A stretch of DNA of 64,000 nt from Vulcanimicrobiota bacterium (GCA_963714015.1 OY970223.1:1952001-2016000); one strand, 5' to 3'; shown: positions 9,972 to 19,628, counted from the stretch's first letter. Numbers and translations are program-made. Notes: a model not told the origin generated them from the letters alone.

Positions 9972-11450
9972 ATGACATCTCAAATTGCAGCTATCGGAGC
10001 GGCAATCGCGTCCACCGGACGAGCGCTTCCCATTGCGGGTCAAGGGCTACGCGGTCTCGGTAAGGGACTCGAATTTGCCGGCGAGCTGGATAAGAAGCTG
10101 CAGAGCGGTTTGAGCAAACAGAGCATTCTGAATGAGATTGCAGCACTGCTTCAATCCGGAACTCCGTTAGCGTCAGTGATCGACGGCATTGCCTCGAAGC
10201 TCTCGAGCGCTTTGATCAAGGCGACGGGAAATGCCGGTGACGCAAACGCGCAAAGTACGCTCAAACGCGCGCTGGCATCAGCGTTGGCGCCTCCGGGCAC
10301 CAGTCCACCGGGCAGCGGCACCGAACAAGCCGAAGCCCTCGCGCAACAACTCACGAACATCGTGAACAGGTTGGCGGGGGTGACGAATACTGCAGGGCAG
10401 CAGAGCGAATTCCCGGGAGCAAACTTGGACGCCGAAACGGCGAGAGAAACCCCGGCCCAGCAGACGAAACCCACGACCGCCCAACCCGATCAGGGTGCCG
10501 CGGCCGCTCTTAGCGCATTCGTCGAATCGCTCTTGAACGGTGCAGCTTCCGGTGCGGCAAAGGCAGCGGCCGACGCATCGGCGGGCACGCAGCCCGCGCA
10601 AACGGCACAAACGGCCCAGTCCATTCCGCCCGCGCAACAGGCGGCATTGCCGGACTTTCTTACGCGTATGCTGACCCGAGCGGCGAACGCAGAGGCGCAA
10701 CGCGGGGGCGATACGCTTGCGGGCGCAGTGCAGCCCGGTGCCTCGTCGCACCAATCGAGCGCAACCGGTGCGCCGGTCCCATCCTCAGCGATGCTCTTCG
10801 AACGGTTGCTCGCGATCGTCGCGGAGCAGCAAATGGGTTCGCAGTCCGATGGGGACGCCAAGGATCAGCAAGATTCTTCGGGCGGCGCAGCGCCGCAAAC
10901 GCAAACCACCAACACCGCGCAGACGCCTATTGCAGCGCAGAGTGCAAGCGTACCGGCGGCATCCGCGCAACCGACGGCACAACCGGCTTCGGCCTCGTCG
11001 TACACGACGATCGACCCTCAAGCGGTCATCGAACAAATCGTCAAGGGGATCTCGCTCCAGACGACCGGCAGCACCTCACAGATACAGTTGCGTCTTCAAC
11101 CGGAGCATTTGGGCGACGTTTCGCTCAAGATCACGGTTACAGGCAACACGATCAATGCGAACCTCGTAGCGCAAAACGGGGCCGTGCGCGACGTGCTGCT
11201 CTCCAATCAACAACATCTTGCACGCTCGCTAGCCGAAGCGGGACTTTCACTCGGAAAGTTCTCGGTCGACGTCTCCGGCGGAAATGCCGGATTCACCCAG
11301 CAGCAATCGCAACAGCACGCCCGGTTCGGCCGCTCCATCACGGCCGGCGGGTCGCTGCTCTCGCAGCAAGACGAACCCTGGGAAGATCAGCGGTACGGAC
11401 CGTCGCTCGTCACGAGCGCCGGGTCGCTGGTTTTCAACTATCTGGCTTAA
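9972..11450 (+). CDS. fliK: Flagellar hook-length control protein FliK
   Basis: Low-complexity A/Q/S/T/P region plus C-terminal LRLQPEHLGDV...LAEAGLSL; precedes flgD. Confidence 0.85.
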   Translation: MTSQIAAIGAAIASTGRALPIAGQGLRGLGKGLEFAGELDKKLQSGLSKQSILNEIAALLQSGTPLASVIDGIASKLSSALIKATGNAGDANAQSTLKRALASALAPPGTSPPGSGTEQAEALAQQLTNIVNRLAGVTNTAGQQSEFPGANLDAETARETPAQQTKPTTAQPDQGAAAALSAFVESLLNGAASGAAKAAADASAGTQPAQTAQTAQSIPPAQQAALPDFLTRMLTRAANAEAQRGGDTLAGAVQPGASSHQSSATGAPVPSSAMLFERLLAIVAEQQMGSQSDGDAKDQQDSSGGAAPQTQTTNTAQTPIAAQSASVPAASAQPTAQPASASSYTTIDPQAVIEQIVKGISLQTTGSTSQIQLRLQPEHLGDVSLKITVTGNTINANLVAQNGAVRDVLLSNQQHLARSLAEAGLSLGKFSVDVSGGNAGFTQQQSQQHARFGRSITAGGSLLSQQDEPWEDQRYGPSLVTSAGSLVFNYLA

Positions 11451-11462
11451 GGAGAACAACAA

Positions 11463-11939
11463 ATGGCAGGCATCGGCTCCCTTCTCGGGAGCACTCAGCC
11501 GACGACGAGCGTCTCGAATTCTTCGACGCTGGGATCGGCCGCAAATCAACAGTTGGGAGCGAACGAGTTCCTTCAGCTGCTTACCACGGAGCTGCAAAAC
11601 CAAGACCCGACGCAGCCGGTCGACGACACGCAATCCGTCGCCCAACTCGCACAGTTCTCGGCATTGCAGGCAACCGACGAACTCAATCAGTCGTTCCAAA
11701 ACTTCCAGTCGAACTTCGGCGTACTGCAGGCCAGCACGCTCATCGGTAAATCCGTGAGTGTCGAGGTTTCCAACTCTTCCACCGGAAACTCGTCGAGCAT
11801 CTCGGGTACCGTCACGGGGATTCAAGTACAGAACGGTCAACCGTATTTTACGATGAACAACTCGTCAGGACAGCCGATCGACGGCGCCAACGGTCAGCCC
11901 GAACTGTTTTCGACCTCGCAAATCGTTCAGATAGGATAA
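11463..11939 (+). CDS. flgD: Flagellar hook capping protein FlgD
   Basis: FLQLLTTELQNQDPTQPVD...QLAQFSAL; SD AAGGAG. Confidence 0.92.
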   Translation: MAGIGSLLGSTQPTTSVSNSSTLGSAANQQLGANEFLQLLTTELQNQDPTQPVDDTQSVAQLAQFSALQATDELNQSFQNFQSNFGVLQASTLIGKSVSVEVSNSSTGNSSSISGTVTGIQVQNGQPYFTMNNSSGQPIDGANGQPELFSTSQIVQIG

Positions 11940-11943
11940 GGGT

Positions 11944-12357
11944 GTGGACTCCAAGGATTTGAACGCCGTCAACCGCAGCACTCCGGGAATCATTCCGGGG
12001 CCGGCGCCGCGTCCCGCGGGCACGCCCGTCCAGATTCCGCCGACTTCGGGGCAGAGTTTCCGTTCGCTCCTCGAGCAGCAGCAGGGCGCGACGGCGGCGC
12101 AGCCGCTCAAATTCTCGGCGCACGCGATGCAGCGTCTGCAGTCGCGCAACATTCAGCTCAGTCAGGACGACATCTCGCGCATGAACGTGATGGCCGACAA
12201 GGCGGCGCAAAAGGGCGCGAAACAGTCGCTCTTCATGATGCGGGACGTTGCCATGGTGGTCAGCATTACCAACAGAACAGTCATAACCGCGGTCGATCAA
12301 GATTCGATGAAAGAAAACGTCTTCACGAACATTGACAGCGCGGCCGTCATCAACTAA
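11944..12357 (+). CDS. Flagellar operon protein (TIGR02530 family)
   Basis: LKFSAHAMQRL...KGAKQSL...NRTVITA...VFTNIDSAAVI, located between flgD and flgE. Confidence 0.8.
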   Translation: MDSKDLNAVNRSTPGIIPGPAPRPAGTPVQIPPTSGQSFRSLLEQQQGATAAQPLKFSAHAMQRLQSRNIQLSQDDISRMNVMADKAAQKGAKQSLFMMRDVAMVVSITNRTVITAVDQDSMKENVFTNIDSAAVIN

Positions 12358-12373
12358 CGACAAATCATCTCTC

Positions 12374-12430
12374 TCGAGGTGGACCGCTGGGCGGAGCCTC
12401 GACGCGGCGCGGACCGACAGACGCGCTGCG
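12374..12430 (+). ncRNA. Candidate two-hairpin cis-regulatory RNA in the flgE leader
   Basis: TCGAGGT-gga-CCGC-tgg-GCGG-a-GCCTCGA followed by CGCGGCGCG-gaccgacaga-CGCGCTGCG, just upstream of the flgE SD. Confidence 0.5.
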
Positions 12431-12454
12431 AACCGCTAGGAAAGGTCAACAACC

Positions 12455-14233
12455 ATGGGATTCATGAACTCGATGTACACCGGGATCTCCGGTATGAATG
12501 CGTATCAAACGCAGATCGACCAGATCTCCAACGACATCGCCAATGTTGGGACGACCGGCTATAAGGGCCAGGACATGACGTTCTCCGACATGTTTTATCA
12601 AAACACCGGCTTTGCCAGCGGCCCAAGCCAAACGTTGGGCGGCGTTAATCCTCAGCAGATCGGCCTGGGCGTCAAGGTGGCCGACATCTCGACGAACTTC
12701 TCGCAGGGCGGCTTCGACACGACCGGCGTCAACACGAACCTCGCAGTCAACGGCGACGGGTTCTTCGTGCTGGGTAACACCGACGGCAGCGGAATTCCGA
12801 CGTACACGCGCGACGGGAACTTCTCGCTCAACTCGAACGGCCTGCTTTACGATCCGGCAACGGGCTTGGCGGTCCAAGGATACATGGCCAATTCGCAAGG
12901 CGTGGTGCAAGCGAACGGACAGCTCGGAAACATCACGGTGCCGATCGGTTTGACCTCGCAAGCGACCGCAACGGGATCCGGCGCCAAGGTCGGCCCCTCC
13001 GGCGATAACGTCTTCGACGTGCAGATGGGCGGAAATCTGGATCAGAGCCAGTGGCAGCTCGAAGAGCAAGGCATCATCAACGGCAACGGCCCCGGCCAGG
13101 GTCAGAGCGACACGATCTCCACGACGATTTACGACTCGCTCGGCAACGCGCACCAAGCGTACATCACGTATGTTCCCGATGCGACCGGTGCGACGCCCGC
13201 AGCAGTTGCGAGCGCCGGTGCGGCCGACACGTCGGGCGCCGTAACCGTTGCGACCGGCACGCCGCAGAACGACATCATCACGGTCACGGCTAACGCCGCG
13301 GGAACGCAGGCGACCATTACCGACACGAACGGCTTCAATCAAACGTTCAACGCCGGGCAGCAGGTTACAGTGGGCGGCGCAACGTTCACTTTGGCCACTC
13401 CGCTTCCGTCCAACGGTGTGCAGACGATTACCGTTACCGGCGCGACCACCGGTCTTCCGGCGAGCGTAAACAATTCTCAAGGCAGTGCCGTCACACCGTC
13501 AACGCGTTGGAAGGAAGAGGTTTACTTTACCGACGGTACGATGGTCAACGGCCAGCCGGCGACGTCTTCGAGCCCGGCAACGCTAGGCTACGCCTACTAC
13601 GATCAAAACGGCCAGTTCATCAACACCTCGAGCAGCCTGGGCGTTCCGGGTACGGCTCTGACGACGAACCTGCATAAGGCAGGGGCGCAACCGTCCACCG
13701 CAGCGGGCGACGCGCTCAGCATTACGAACTGGGGCATCGCGAACGGCAATCAGCCGGCGCCTGCGACGATTGGTTTGGATTTCGCGGACGTGACCTCGCT
13801 GGGAGCGACCAGCGCCAGCGGCAGCGGCTACACCGCTACAGTGGTAACGCAGAACGGTTATCCGGCCGGCACGCTCTCGAACATCACGGTCGGCCAAGAC
13901 GGCTCGATCACGGGCGCGTTCACGAACGGTCAGAACAAGACGATCGGTCAAGTAGCGCTCGCGACGTTCCAAAATGAAGGTGGTCTGCAGCGCGTCGGTT
14001 CCAACGGGTTCGAGGCGACTGCGGCTTCGGGTCTCGCGCAGGTCGGTTCGGCCGCCGCCGGACGTTTCGGCACGATCGAATCGGGTCAGTTGGAAGAGTC
14101 CAATGTTTCGCTCGCCGACGAGTTCACGAAGATGATCGTCGCGCAGCGCGCCTTCGAAGCGAATACGCGCGGAATCGACACCGCCGACCAGAACATGCAA
14201 GACGTTCTCGCCATCCGCGGCAGCGAGAACTAA
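12455..14233 (+). CDS. flgE: Flagellar hook protein FlgE
   Basis: SMYTGISGM...NDIANVGTTGYK, LAVNGDGFF, YTRDGNF, LEESNVSLADEFTKMIVAQRAFEAN. Confidence 0.95.
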   Translation: MGFMNSMYTGISGMNAYQTQIDQISNDIANVGTTGYKGQDMTFSDMFYQNTGFASGPSQTLGGVNPQQIGLGVKVADISTNFSQGGFDTTGVNTNLAVNGDGFFVLGNTDGSGIPTYTRDGNFSLNSNGLLYDPATGLAVQGYMANSQGVVQANGQLGNITVPIGLTSQATATGSGAKVGPSGDNVFDVQMGGNLDQSQWQLEEQGIINGNGPGQGQSDTISTTIYDSLGNAHQAYITYVPDATGATPAAVASAGAADTSGAVTVATGTPQNDIITVTANAAGTQATITDTNGFNQTFNAGQQVTVGGATFTLATPLPSNGVQTITVTGATTGLPASVNNSQGSAVTPSTRWKEEVYFTDGTMVNGQPATSSSPATLGYAYYDQNGQFINTSSSLGVPGTALTTNLHKAGAQPSTAAGDALSITNWGIANGNQPAPATIGLDFADVTSLGATSASGSGYTATVVTQNGYPAGTLSNITVGQDGSITGAFTNGQNKTIGQVALATFQNEGGLQRVGSNGFEATAASGLAQVGSAAAGRFGTIESGQLEESNVSLADEFTKMIVAQRAFEANTRGIDTADQNMQDVLAIRGSEN

Positions 14234-14283
14234 TCCGTAGCCTTTTACTCAACGCGCGCAACGACACGGAGGTCGTACCTGTG

Positions 14284-14310
14284 GGCCGGGCGGGGAACCG
14301 CTCGGCCTTC
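14284..14310 (+). terminator. GC-rich hairpin after flgE (possible terminator or stabiliser)
   Basis: GGCCGGGCGG-ggaa-CCGCTCGGCC followed by only TTC (weak U-tract). Confidence 0.4.
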
Positions 14311-14440
14311 AGCGTAACCAATCATCGCGGCAGCGTCGGGGAGGTGATGGTTTGATCGAATCTACACGCGCCATGAGGAAAATGGGGGCCCCATCGGTTA
14401 CGATGGGGGGCGCGCAGGCAAGGCCGGAGCGCCTTTTAAC

Positions 14441-14635
14441 GTGATTCAGCTTCTGCGGCTCAATGGGCAGCCCATCATGGTGAACGCGGATTTGATTGAA
14501 TCGGTGGAGACCACGCCGGACACGGTGATCACGCTGGTCAGCGGCAACAAGCTCATCGTGCGCGACTCGATGGAGACGATTCAGGCCCGCATCATCGAGT
14601 TCAAACGAAAAATTTACGGTTCCCCGAGCGCTTGA
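14441..14635 (+). CDS. flbD: Flagellar protein FlbD/SwrD
   Basis: MIQLLRLNG...NADLIESVETTPDTVITL, located between flgE and motA. Confidence 0.88.
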   Translation: MIQLLRLNGQPIMVNADLIESVETTPDTVITLVSGNKLIVRDSMETIQARIIEFKRKIYGSPSA

Positions 14636-14748
14636 TCGCGCTCGATCCCCAGCCGTTTTAACGGGCGCTCCATCATCCGCAGGTCGGCGCCGCCCGACGG
14701 CAAAGCCGCCGGGTCCCCGCATCTCCTGCCGTTAGAGCGTAACGCCAT

Positions 14749-14775
14749 TTAAGGTTGGCCCGGTCCCGCCGATAC
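14749..14775 (+). promoter_or_regulatory. sigma28 (FliA/SigD)-like promoter of motAB
   Basis: TTAAGG...GCCGATAC compared with consensus TAAA-N15-GCCGATAA. Confidence 0.6.
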
Positions 14776-14783
14776 AGTTAGGG

Positions 14784-15620
14784 ATGGACTTCGCCACTCT
14801 GCTCGGCCTCATTATAGCTTTTGGGGCTATCTTCATTGCCGGCTGGGTCGGCCACACGGATGCGCACGTGCTTTTCGGACGCTGGGAGGCGATCCTATTG
14901 ATCGTCGGCGGCACCATCGGCGCCACGATGACGTCCTTCCCGCTGCGCACGTTCACCAAAGGGTTTTTCGGCGGGTTCAAAACGGCGTTCACCGAGCCGG
15001 TATATCACGAGCGCGACGTTATCGCCACGCTTGTTTCCTTTGCGGAGAAAGCTCGGCGCGAAGGTTTGCTCGCGCTCGAAAACGAGGCGGCGGCGCTGGA
15101 AGACGACTTCATGCGCAAAGGCATCCAACTCGTCATCGACGGCCGCGACACCGACGTCATCCGGAAAGTTCTGGAAACGGAAGTCAGCTACGTGCAGGAA
15201 AAAGGCACCAAGGCTGAAGCCGTGTTCACGAATCTTGGCGGGTACTCTCCCACGCTGGGCATCATCGGAACGGTTCTTGGTCTAATCGGCATGCTCAAAG
15301 GCCTTGCCGGCATGGGCGGAAGTTCGAATGTCGCCGGCGGCATCGGCACCGCTACCGCGCAAGCTTTCGTGGCGACTTTTTACGGCATCATGTTCGCAAA
15401 TCTGCTGTGGCTTCCGCTCGCGAACAAGATCAAAGAACGTTCCGGCCAGCTGCTGCTGCTGCGAGAGATCATGATTGAGGGCATTCTCTCGATCCAGGCC
15501 GGGGACAATCCGCGTCTGCTCGAGGAGCGTCTGCACGCCTTCCTCGATCCGCAAGAGCGCGAAACCGAGATCGAAGAAGGCGGAGCCGTCGCGGAGCAGC
15601 CCAGCTACTCCCCAACGTAG
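14784..15620 (+). CDS. motA: Flagellar stator protein MotA
   Basis: ARREGLLALE, SPTLGIIGTVLGL, ATFYGI...LPLANK, GDNPRLL. Confidence 0.95.
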   Translation: MDFATLLGLIIAFGAIFIAGWVGHTDAHVLFGRWEAILLIVGGTIGATMTSFPLRTFTKGFFGGFKTAFTEPVYHERDVIATLVSFAEKARREGLLALENEAAALEDDFMRKGIQLVIDGRDTDVIRKVLETEVSYVQEKGTKAEAVFTNLGGYSPTLGIIGTVLGLIGMLKGLAGMGGSSNVAGGIGTATAQAFVATFYGIMFANLLWLPLANKIKERSGQLLLLREIMIEGILSIQAGDNPRLLEERLHAFLDPQERETEIEEGGAVAEQPSYSPT

Positions 15621-15628
15621 CGACATTC

Positions 15629-16396
15629 ATGAGCCAGCCGATTAAGACGGCCGCGCGCGCCGCCGAAAGCAAGTTCCGCAAGAAGACCGAGGACACCAAG
15701 GTCGAGACGGCCGGCATGATGCGCTGGCTGCTTACCTATGCGGACATGATCACCCTCATGCTGGCGCTCTTCATCATCCTCTTCGCGATGTCGAGCATCA
15801 ACCGCGTAAAGTTTCAGGAATTCGCGCACGACGTCTCCGGCGGATTCGACAACGAGTGGGCGGTCAACCAACCGCCGAACGGCGGGCAGAACGGCACGGA
15901 GCCGTTTTATTCAAATTCGAACATTCCCGCGATCCAGCGTGACCTTCAGCGCTATGTGGTGCGCAACCACCTCCAGGACCGCATGCAAGTCGAGATGAGC
16001 AAGCGGGGCCTGGTCATCACTTTACTCTCCGATAACAGTTACTACGATTCGGGCAGCGCGCAGTTGCGGCCCGAGACTAAGAAAATTCTCGATGAAGTCG
16101 ATGCTTTCTTAAGAAAGAACGACAACCTCATTCGCGTCGAGGGCAACACGGACAACGTGCCCATTGCTACGGCAGATTATCCGAGCAACTGGGAACTGTC
16201 CACGGCGCGTGCCGTCAACGTCGTGCGGTATCTGGTGGAGCAAGACCACGTGGATCCCGAACGAATCTCGGCGGCGGGATATGGACAGTATCATCCACGG
16301 ACGGATAACAGTACGCCGGAGAAGCGGCAGCAAAATCGCCGGGTCGACATCGTACTGCTCAATGCCAACCTCTCACGAGCCGAAAAGGGGCAGTAG
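15629..16396 (+). CDS. motB: Flagellar stator protein MotB
   Basis: WLLTYADMITLMLALF; OmpA-like domain NWELSTARA...NRRVDI. Confidence 0.95.
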   Translation: MSQPIKTAARAAESKFRKKTEDTKVETAGMMRWLLTYADMITLMLALFIILFAMSSINRVKFQEFAHDVSGGFDNEWAVNQPPNGGQNGTEPFYSNSNIPAIQRDLQRYVVRNHLQDRMQVEMSKRGLVITLLSDNSYYDSGSAQLRPETKKILDEVDAFLRKNDNLIRVEGNTDNVPIATADYPSNWELSTARAVNVVRYLVEQDHVDPERISAAGYGQYHPRTDNSTPEKRQQNRRVDIVLLNANLSRAEKGQ

Positions 16397-16402
16397 TCCG
16401 TC

Positions 16403-17395
16403 ATGTCCAGTCTCTCGCAAGAAGAAATCGATGCGCTCATAAATCAACTTGCCACCGAGCCCGCGGCGCGCGACGCCGCTCTCGAAGACAAGAAGATCAA
16501 GTCATTCGATTTCCGTTTCAACAAGCGTCTCGACAAGTTCTCCAACAACCAGCTCCAAACGCTTCGCACGCTCCACGAGAACTTTACCCGCCTGCTGAAC
16601 AACTCGCTCTCCGTCTATCTGCGCACCCGCGTGGAGGCAACGATCGTCTCGATCGAGCAGATCAGTTACGGCGATTTTATCGCGTCGATCGGCATCCCGT
16701 CCATCCTGTCGATCTTCTCGATGGACCCGCTTCCGGGAAGCGGCATCGTTCAGGTCGATCTCAATTTGGTCTTCTCGATCATCGATCGTCTGCTGGGCGG
16801 CCCGGGATGGTTTCCGCAGAAACTTCGCGATTTGACCGACATCGAGCGCACGCTTATGCAACGGTTCATGGCGCGCATGCTGAACAGCTACCGCGAATCC
16901 TGGAACTACTTGCTGACGCTCTCGCTCAAGATCGAGGCGCTCGACTCCAATCCGCAGTTCATTCCGCGCATCATTCCGCTCGACCAAATCGTCGCGTACG
17001 TTTCGATGGAGCTGAAGGTCGGCGAGATGACCGGAGTCATGAACTTCTGTCTGCCGTATCTCGTGCTGCAGTCCATCAGTACGCAGCTTACCGATTTTCA
17101 ATGGTCGCCGACGGTCATCGCGGGCCGGGGCATGACCGAACAAGATATTCAGCAACTCGCGCGCAACGTCGAGCGCGCGCCGGTAGACGTTCAGGTCGAG
17201 CTCGGAAAGACGATGGTTTCGCTGCGTGACCTCGTCGCGCTGCAGCCGGGTGACGTCATTCTGTTCGACAAACCCACGGATGCGCCGCTGGTCGCCCGAA
17301 TCAACGAACGCGAGAAGTTTCGCGTCTATCCCGGAGTGCACAAAGACCGCCTGTCCGTGCAAGTTGCCGACGTCATCGAAAATGAGGATCAATAA
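16403..17395 (+). CDS. fliM: Flagellar motor switch protein FliM
   Basis: LSQEEIDAL CheY-binding motif, IDRLLGG, C-terminal SpoA domain. Confidence 0.95.
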   Translation: MSSLSQEEIDALINQLATEPAARDAALEDKKIKSFDFRFNKRLDKFSNNQLQTLRTLHENFTRLLNNSLSVYLRTRVEATIVSIEQISYGDFIASIGIPSILSIFSMDPLPGSGIVQVDLNLVFSIIDRLLGGPGWFPQKLRDLTDIERTLMQRFMARMLNSYRESWNYLLTLSLKIEALDSNPQFIPRIIPLDQIVAYVSMELKVGEMTGVMNFCLPYLVLQSISTQLTDFQWSPTVIAGRGMTEQDIQQLARNVERAPVDVQVELGKTMVSLRDLVALQPGDVILFDKPTDAPLVARINEREKFRVYPGVHKDRLSVQVADVIENEDQ

Positions 17396-17400
17396 GCGCC

Positions 17401-18297
17401 ATGGCCGACATTCAACAACTCACTAACACTATGCTGGGGGCCGCCGGCGCCGTTTTGGGACGCCTCGTGGACCAGCCGATAACCGCAAGCGCCGCATCCC
17501 GCAACGATCACGAAGGCTCGATCAAGATCGATGCCGGCGAGCTCGTCACGTGTGCCGATGTTCCTTCGCTCGGGCTCAAAGTCGTCGTGCGTTTCTCCAG
17601 CGCCGACGTGGCGCAGGTCGTCAATCTCATGCTCGGCGGCGGAGACGACGGTGCCGAGATGGGCGCAATGCAACTCTCCATCGTTTCCGAAACGGTCACG
17701 CAAATCGCCGGCGCAATGGCCGAGGAACTGGCCAAAGGGCTGAACGTCGATTGGTCGGGCATTCGCGCGGACCTTTGCACCGACGCGACCAACTTGCCGC
17801 CGCCGCCGTTTGCTTCTTACGAAGGAACCGTTCAAGTCGGCGCCGATGTTGCAGCGCGCGTAGCCATAGATTTCGACGGCATCGCGGTCTCAAAGATCGG
17901 CGGCGCGGGCGCTGCGCCCGAACCTGGACCGCCGGCGCCCCGCGTCGCACCAGCATCGCCCCCGGCACCAGCACGCCGTCAGGCTCCTGCGCCGGCTGCG
18001 CAGCCCGTTTCGTTTGCGCCGATGGCGCCGACGGCGGCGCGGGCTCCGCTGGGCGGAAATAACTTGGATCTCGTTCACGACGTGCCGCTGCAGATCAGCG
18101 CGGTGCTCGGAAAGACGGCTCTGACATTGCGCGACGTCGTGACCCTTTCGTCCGGCAGCGTCTTCGAGCTCGACAAGCTCTCGACGGATCCAATCGACTT
18201 GTACGTGAACAACATCCTGATCGCCCGCGGAGAGGTCGTCGTCGTAGACGACAAATTCGCGGTGAAGATCAGCGAGCTGAACCCGAGCGTCGAGTAA
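17401..18297 (+). CDS. fliN: Flagellar motor switch protein FliN with N-terminal CheC-like domain (FliY-like)
   Basis: C-terminal DVPLQISAVLGKT...ARGEVVVVDDKFAVKI; Pro/Ala linker; N-terminal domain with NLMLGG...SETVTQ. Confidence 0.85.
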   Translation: MADIQQLTNTMLGAAGAVLGRLVDQPITASAASRNDHEGSIKIDAGELVTCADVPSLGLKVVVRFSSADVAQVVNLMLGGGDDGAEMGAMQLSIVSETVTQIAGAMAEELAKGLNVDWSGIRADLCTDATNLPPPPFASYEGTVQVGADVAARVAIDFDGIAVSKIGGAGAAPEPGPPAPRVAPASPPAPARRQAPAPAAQPVSFAPMAPTAARAPLGGNNLDLVHDVPLQISAVLGKTALTLRDVVTLSSGSVFELDKLSTDPIDLYVNNILIARGEVVVVDDKFAVKISELNPSVE

Positions 18298-18303
18298 CCG
18301 CTG

Positions 18304-18654
18304 ATGGGTTTTGCCGGCCAGTATATCCTGGCTTTGCTTGTAGTTGCCCTCATGCTGTTCGGGCTGTACAGCGTGGTAAGAGCACTTGGCCGCGGCCGCT
18401 TGGTGACGTCGACGGACCGACGCCTCATCACGGTCGTAGAATCGACGTTTCTCGCTCAGAACACGACGCTGCACGTCGTGAAGGCGGGCGAACGTTACTT
18501 CCTAATCGGCGGCGGCAGCGGCCACGTCTCGAACCTGGCGGAAGTTCCCGCAGGACAGGTCGAGCCTTGGCTGCAGGAACAACGGAATCTGTTCGCTGCG
18601 CAAACGCAGTCCATCGCCGGCTTCCTCAAACAACTGCGCAAGCCGCAAACGTAG
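18304..18654 (+). CDS. fliO: Flagellar biosynthesis protein FliO/FliZ
   Basis: N-terminal TM, LHVVKAGERYFLIG; located between fliN and fliP. Confidence 0.8.
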   Translation: MGFAGQYILALLVVALMLFGLYSVVRALGRGRLVTSTDRRLITVVESTFLAQNTTLHVVKAGERYFLIGGGSGHVSNLAEVPAGQVEPWLQEQRNLFAAQTQSIAGFLKQLRKPQT

Positions 18655-18660
18655 AATAAC

Positions 18661-19467
18661 ATGATAGCTTTCTTCAAGCGCTTGTGGTCGAGGCACCAAG
18701 CCTTCTTGATCGTGAGCGCCGTGGCGATAACGTGCCTCTGGGTGATTCCGGCGGTGGCACAAGCCCAGAGTGCGCCGGCTGGTCCGTCCGTGCCGATCCC
18801 GCAGTTCAACTTCGGCGTTGCACAGGCCAAAAATCCTAAAGACGTCGCCAGCGCGCTTCAGATTTTGCTGCTGCTGACGGTCTTGGCGCTCGCGCCGACC
18901 TTACTCGTGCTGGTGACTTCGTTTACGCGCGTCATCGTCGTGCTTTCATTCGTGCGTACGGCGCTCGGAACGCAGACCGTTCCGCCCAACCAAGTGTTGG
19001 TCGGACTCGCTCTGTTCCTGACGTTCTTCATCATGGCGCCCGTCGTGAAGGACGTCAACCAGAACGCGCTGCAGCCGTATCTGAAAAACCAGATCAGCCA
19101 GAGCATTGCCTTCGACCGCGCGTCCCAACCGCTGCGCAAGTTCATGTTCAAGCAGACGCGCGAGAAGGACTTGCAGCTCTTCTATTCGCTCTCGAACGAA
19201 CCGCGGCCCGCAACGCAGGCCGATGTGCCGACCTACATTCTGATTCCGGCGTTCGTCATCTCGGAGTTGAAAACGTCGTTCGAGATCGGCTTCGCGATTT
19301 ACGTGCCTTTCATCGTCATCGACATGGTGGTCGCAAGCATCCTGCTCTCCATGGGCATGATGATGATTCCGCCGGTGATCATCTCGCTGCCGTTCAAGAT
19401 TTTGATCTTCTTACTCGTCGACGGATGGAATTTGACGGTGAACGCCATCTTCCAGAGCTACCGGTGA
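18661..19467 (+). CDS. fliP: Flagellar export gate protein FliP
   Basis: TSFTRVIVVL, PPNQVL, PAFVISELK, MGMMMIPP, VDGW. Confidence 0.96.
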   Translation: MIAFFKRLWSRHQAFLIVSAVAITCLWVIPAVAQAQSAPAGPSVPIPQFNFGVAQAKNPKDVASALQILLLLTVLALAPTLLVLVTSFTRVIVVLSFVRTALGTQTVPPNQVLVGLALFLTFFIMAPVVKDVNQNALQPYLKNQISQSIAFDRASQPLRKFMFKQTREKDLQLFYSLSNEPRPATQADVPTYILIPAFVISELKTSFEIGFAIYVPFIVIDMVVASILLSMGMMMIPPVIISLPFKILIFLLVDGWNLTVNAIFQSYR

Positions 19468-19472
19468 CTGTC

Positions 19473-19628
19473 AGGGGTTCCGATGTTTCGTCCGGCAATC
19501 GCTGTCGAACTTCCCCTCCTTGGGAAGTTCGCCGCTACGCCGCATTTTCGCGAGCGCTAAGCGCTGAAGAAACCATCCTGGTTTGCGCGAAAATGTCGGA
19601 GTTTGCCGCACGAAACATCACAACCCCT
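19473..19628. repeat. Nested inverted-repeat / multi-stem element between fliP and fliQ
   Basis: Outer arms AGGGGTT/AACCCCT and GATGTTTCGTCCGGCAA/TTGCCGCACGAAACATC enclose further hairpins (CGAACTTCCC/GGGAAGTTCG; CATTTTCGCG/CGCGAAAATG; AGCGC/GCGCT; AAACCA/TGGTTT). Confidence 0.75.

Noticed and set aside
14660..14730. c-di-GMP-I riboswitch upstream of motA (GACGGCAAAGCC...GGGTC)
   Set aside because: No GGCAAA/P2 stem with a GNRA loop and no tetraloop receptor, so resemblance is only partial. An Infernal search would settle it.
15740..15795. Ion specificity call for the MotAB stator
   Set aside because: The diagnostic position reads Ile (FIILFAMS), neither the Val of H+ types nor the Leu of Na+ types, so it cannot be called.
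19541..19596. Hammerhead ribozyme (CTGAAGA ... GAAA present)
   Set aside because: Stems I and II do not close in register with the core (A19571 would face C19588; stem I is off by one base).
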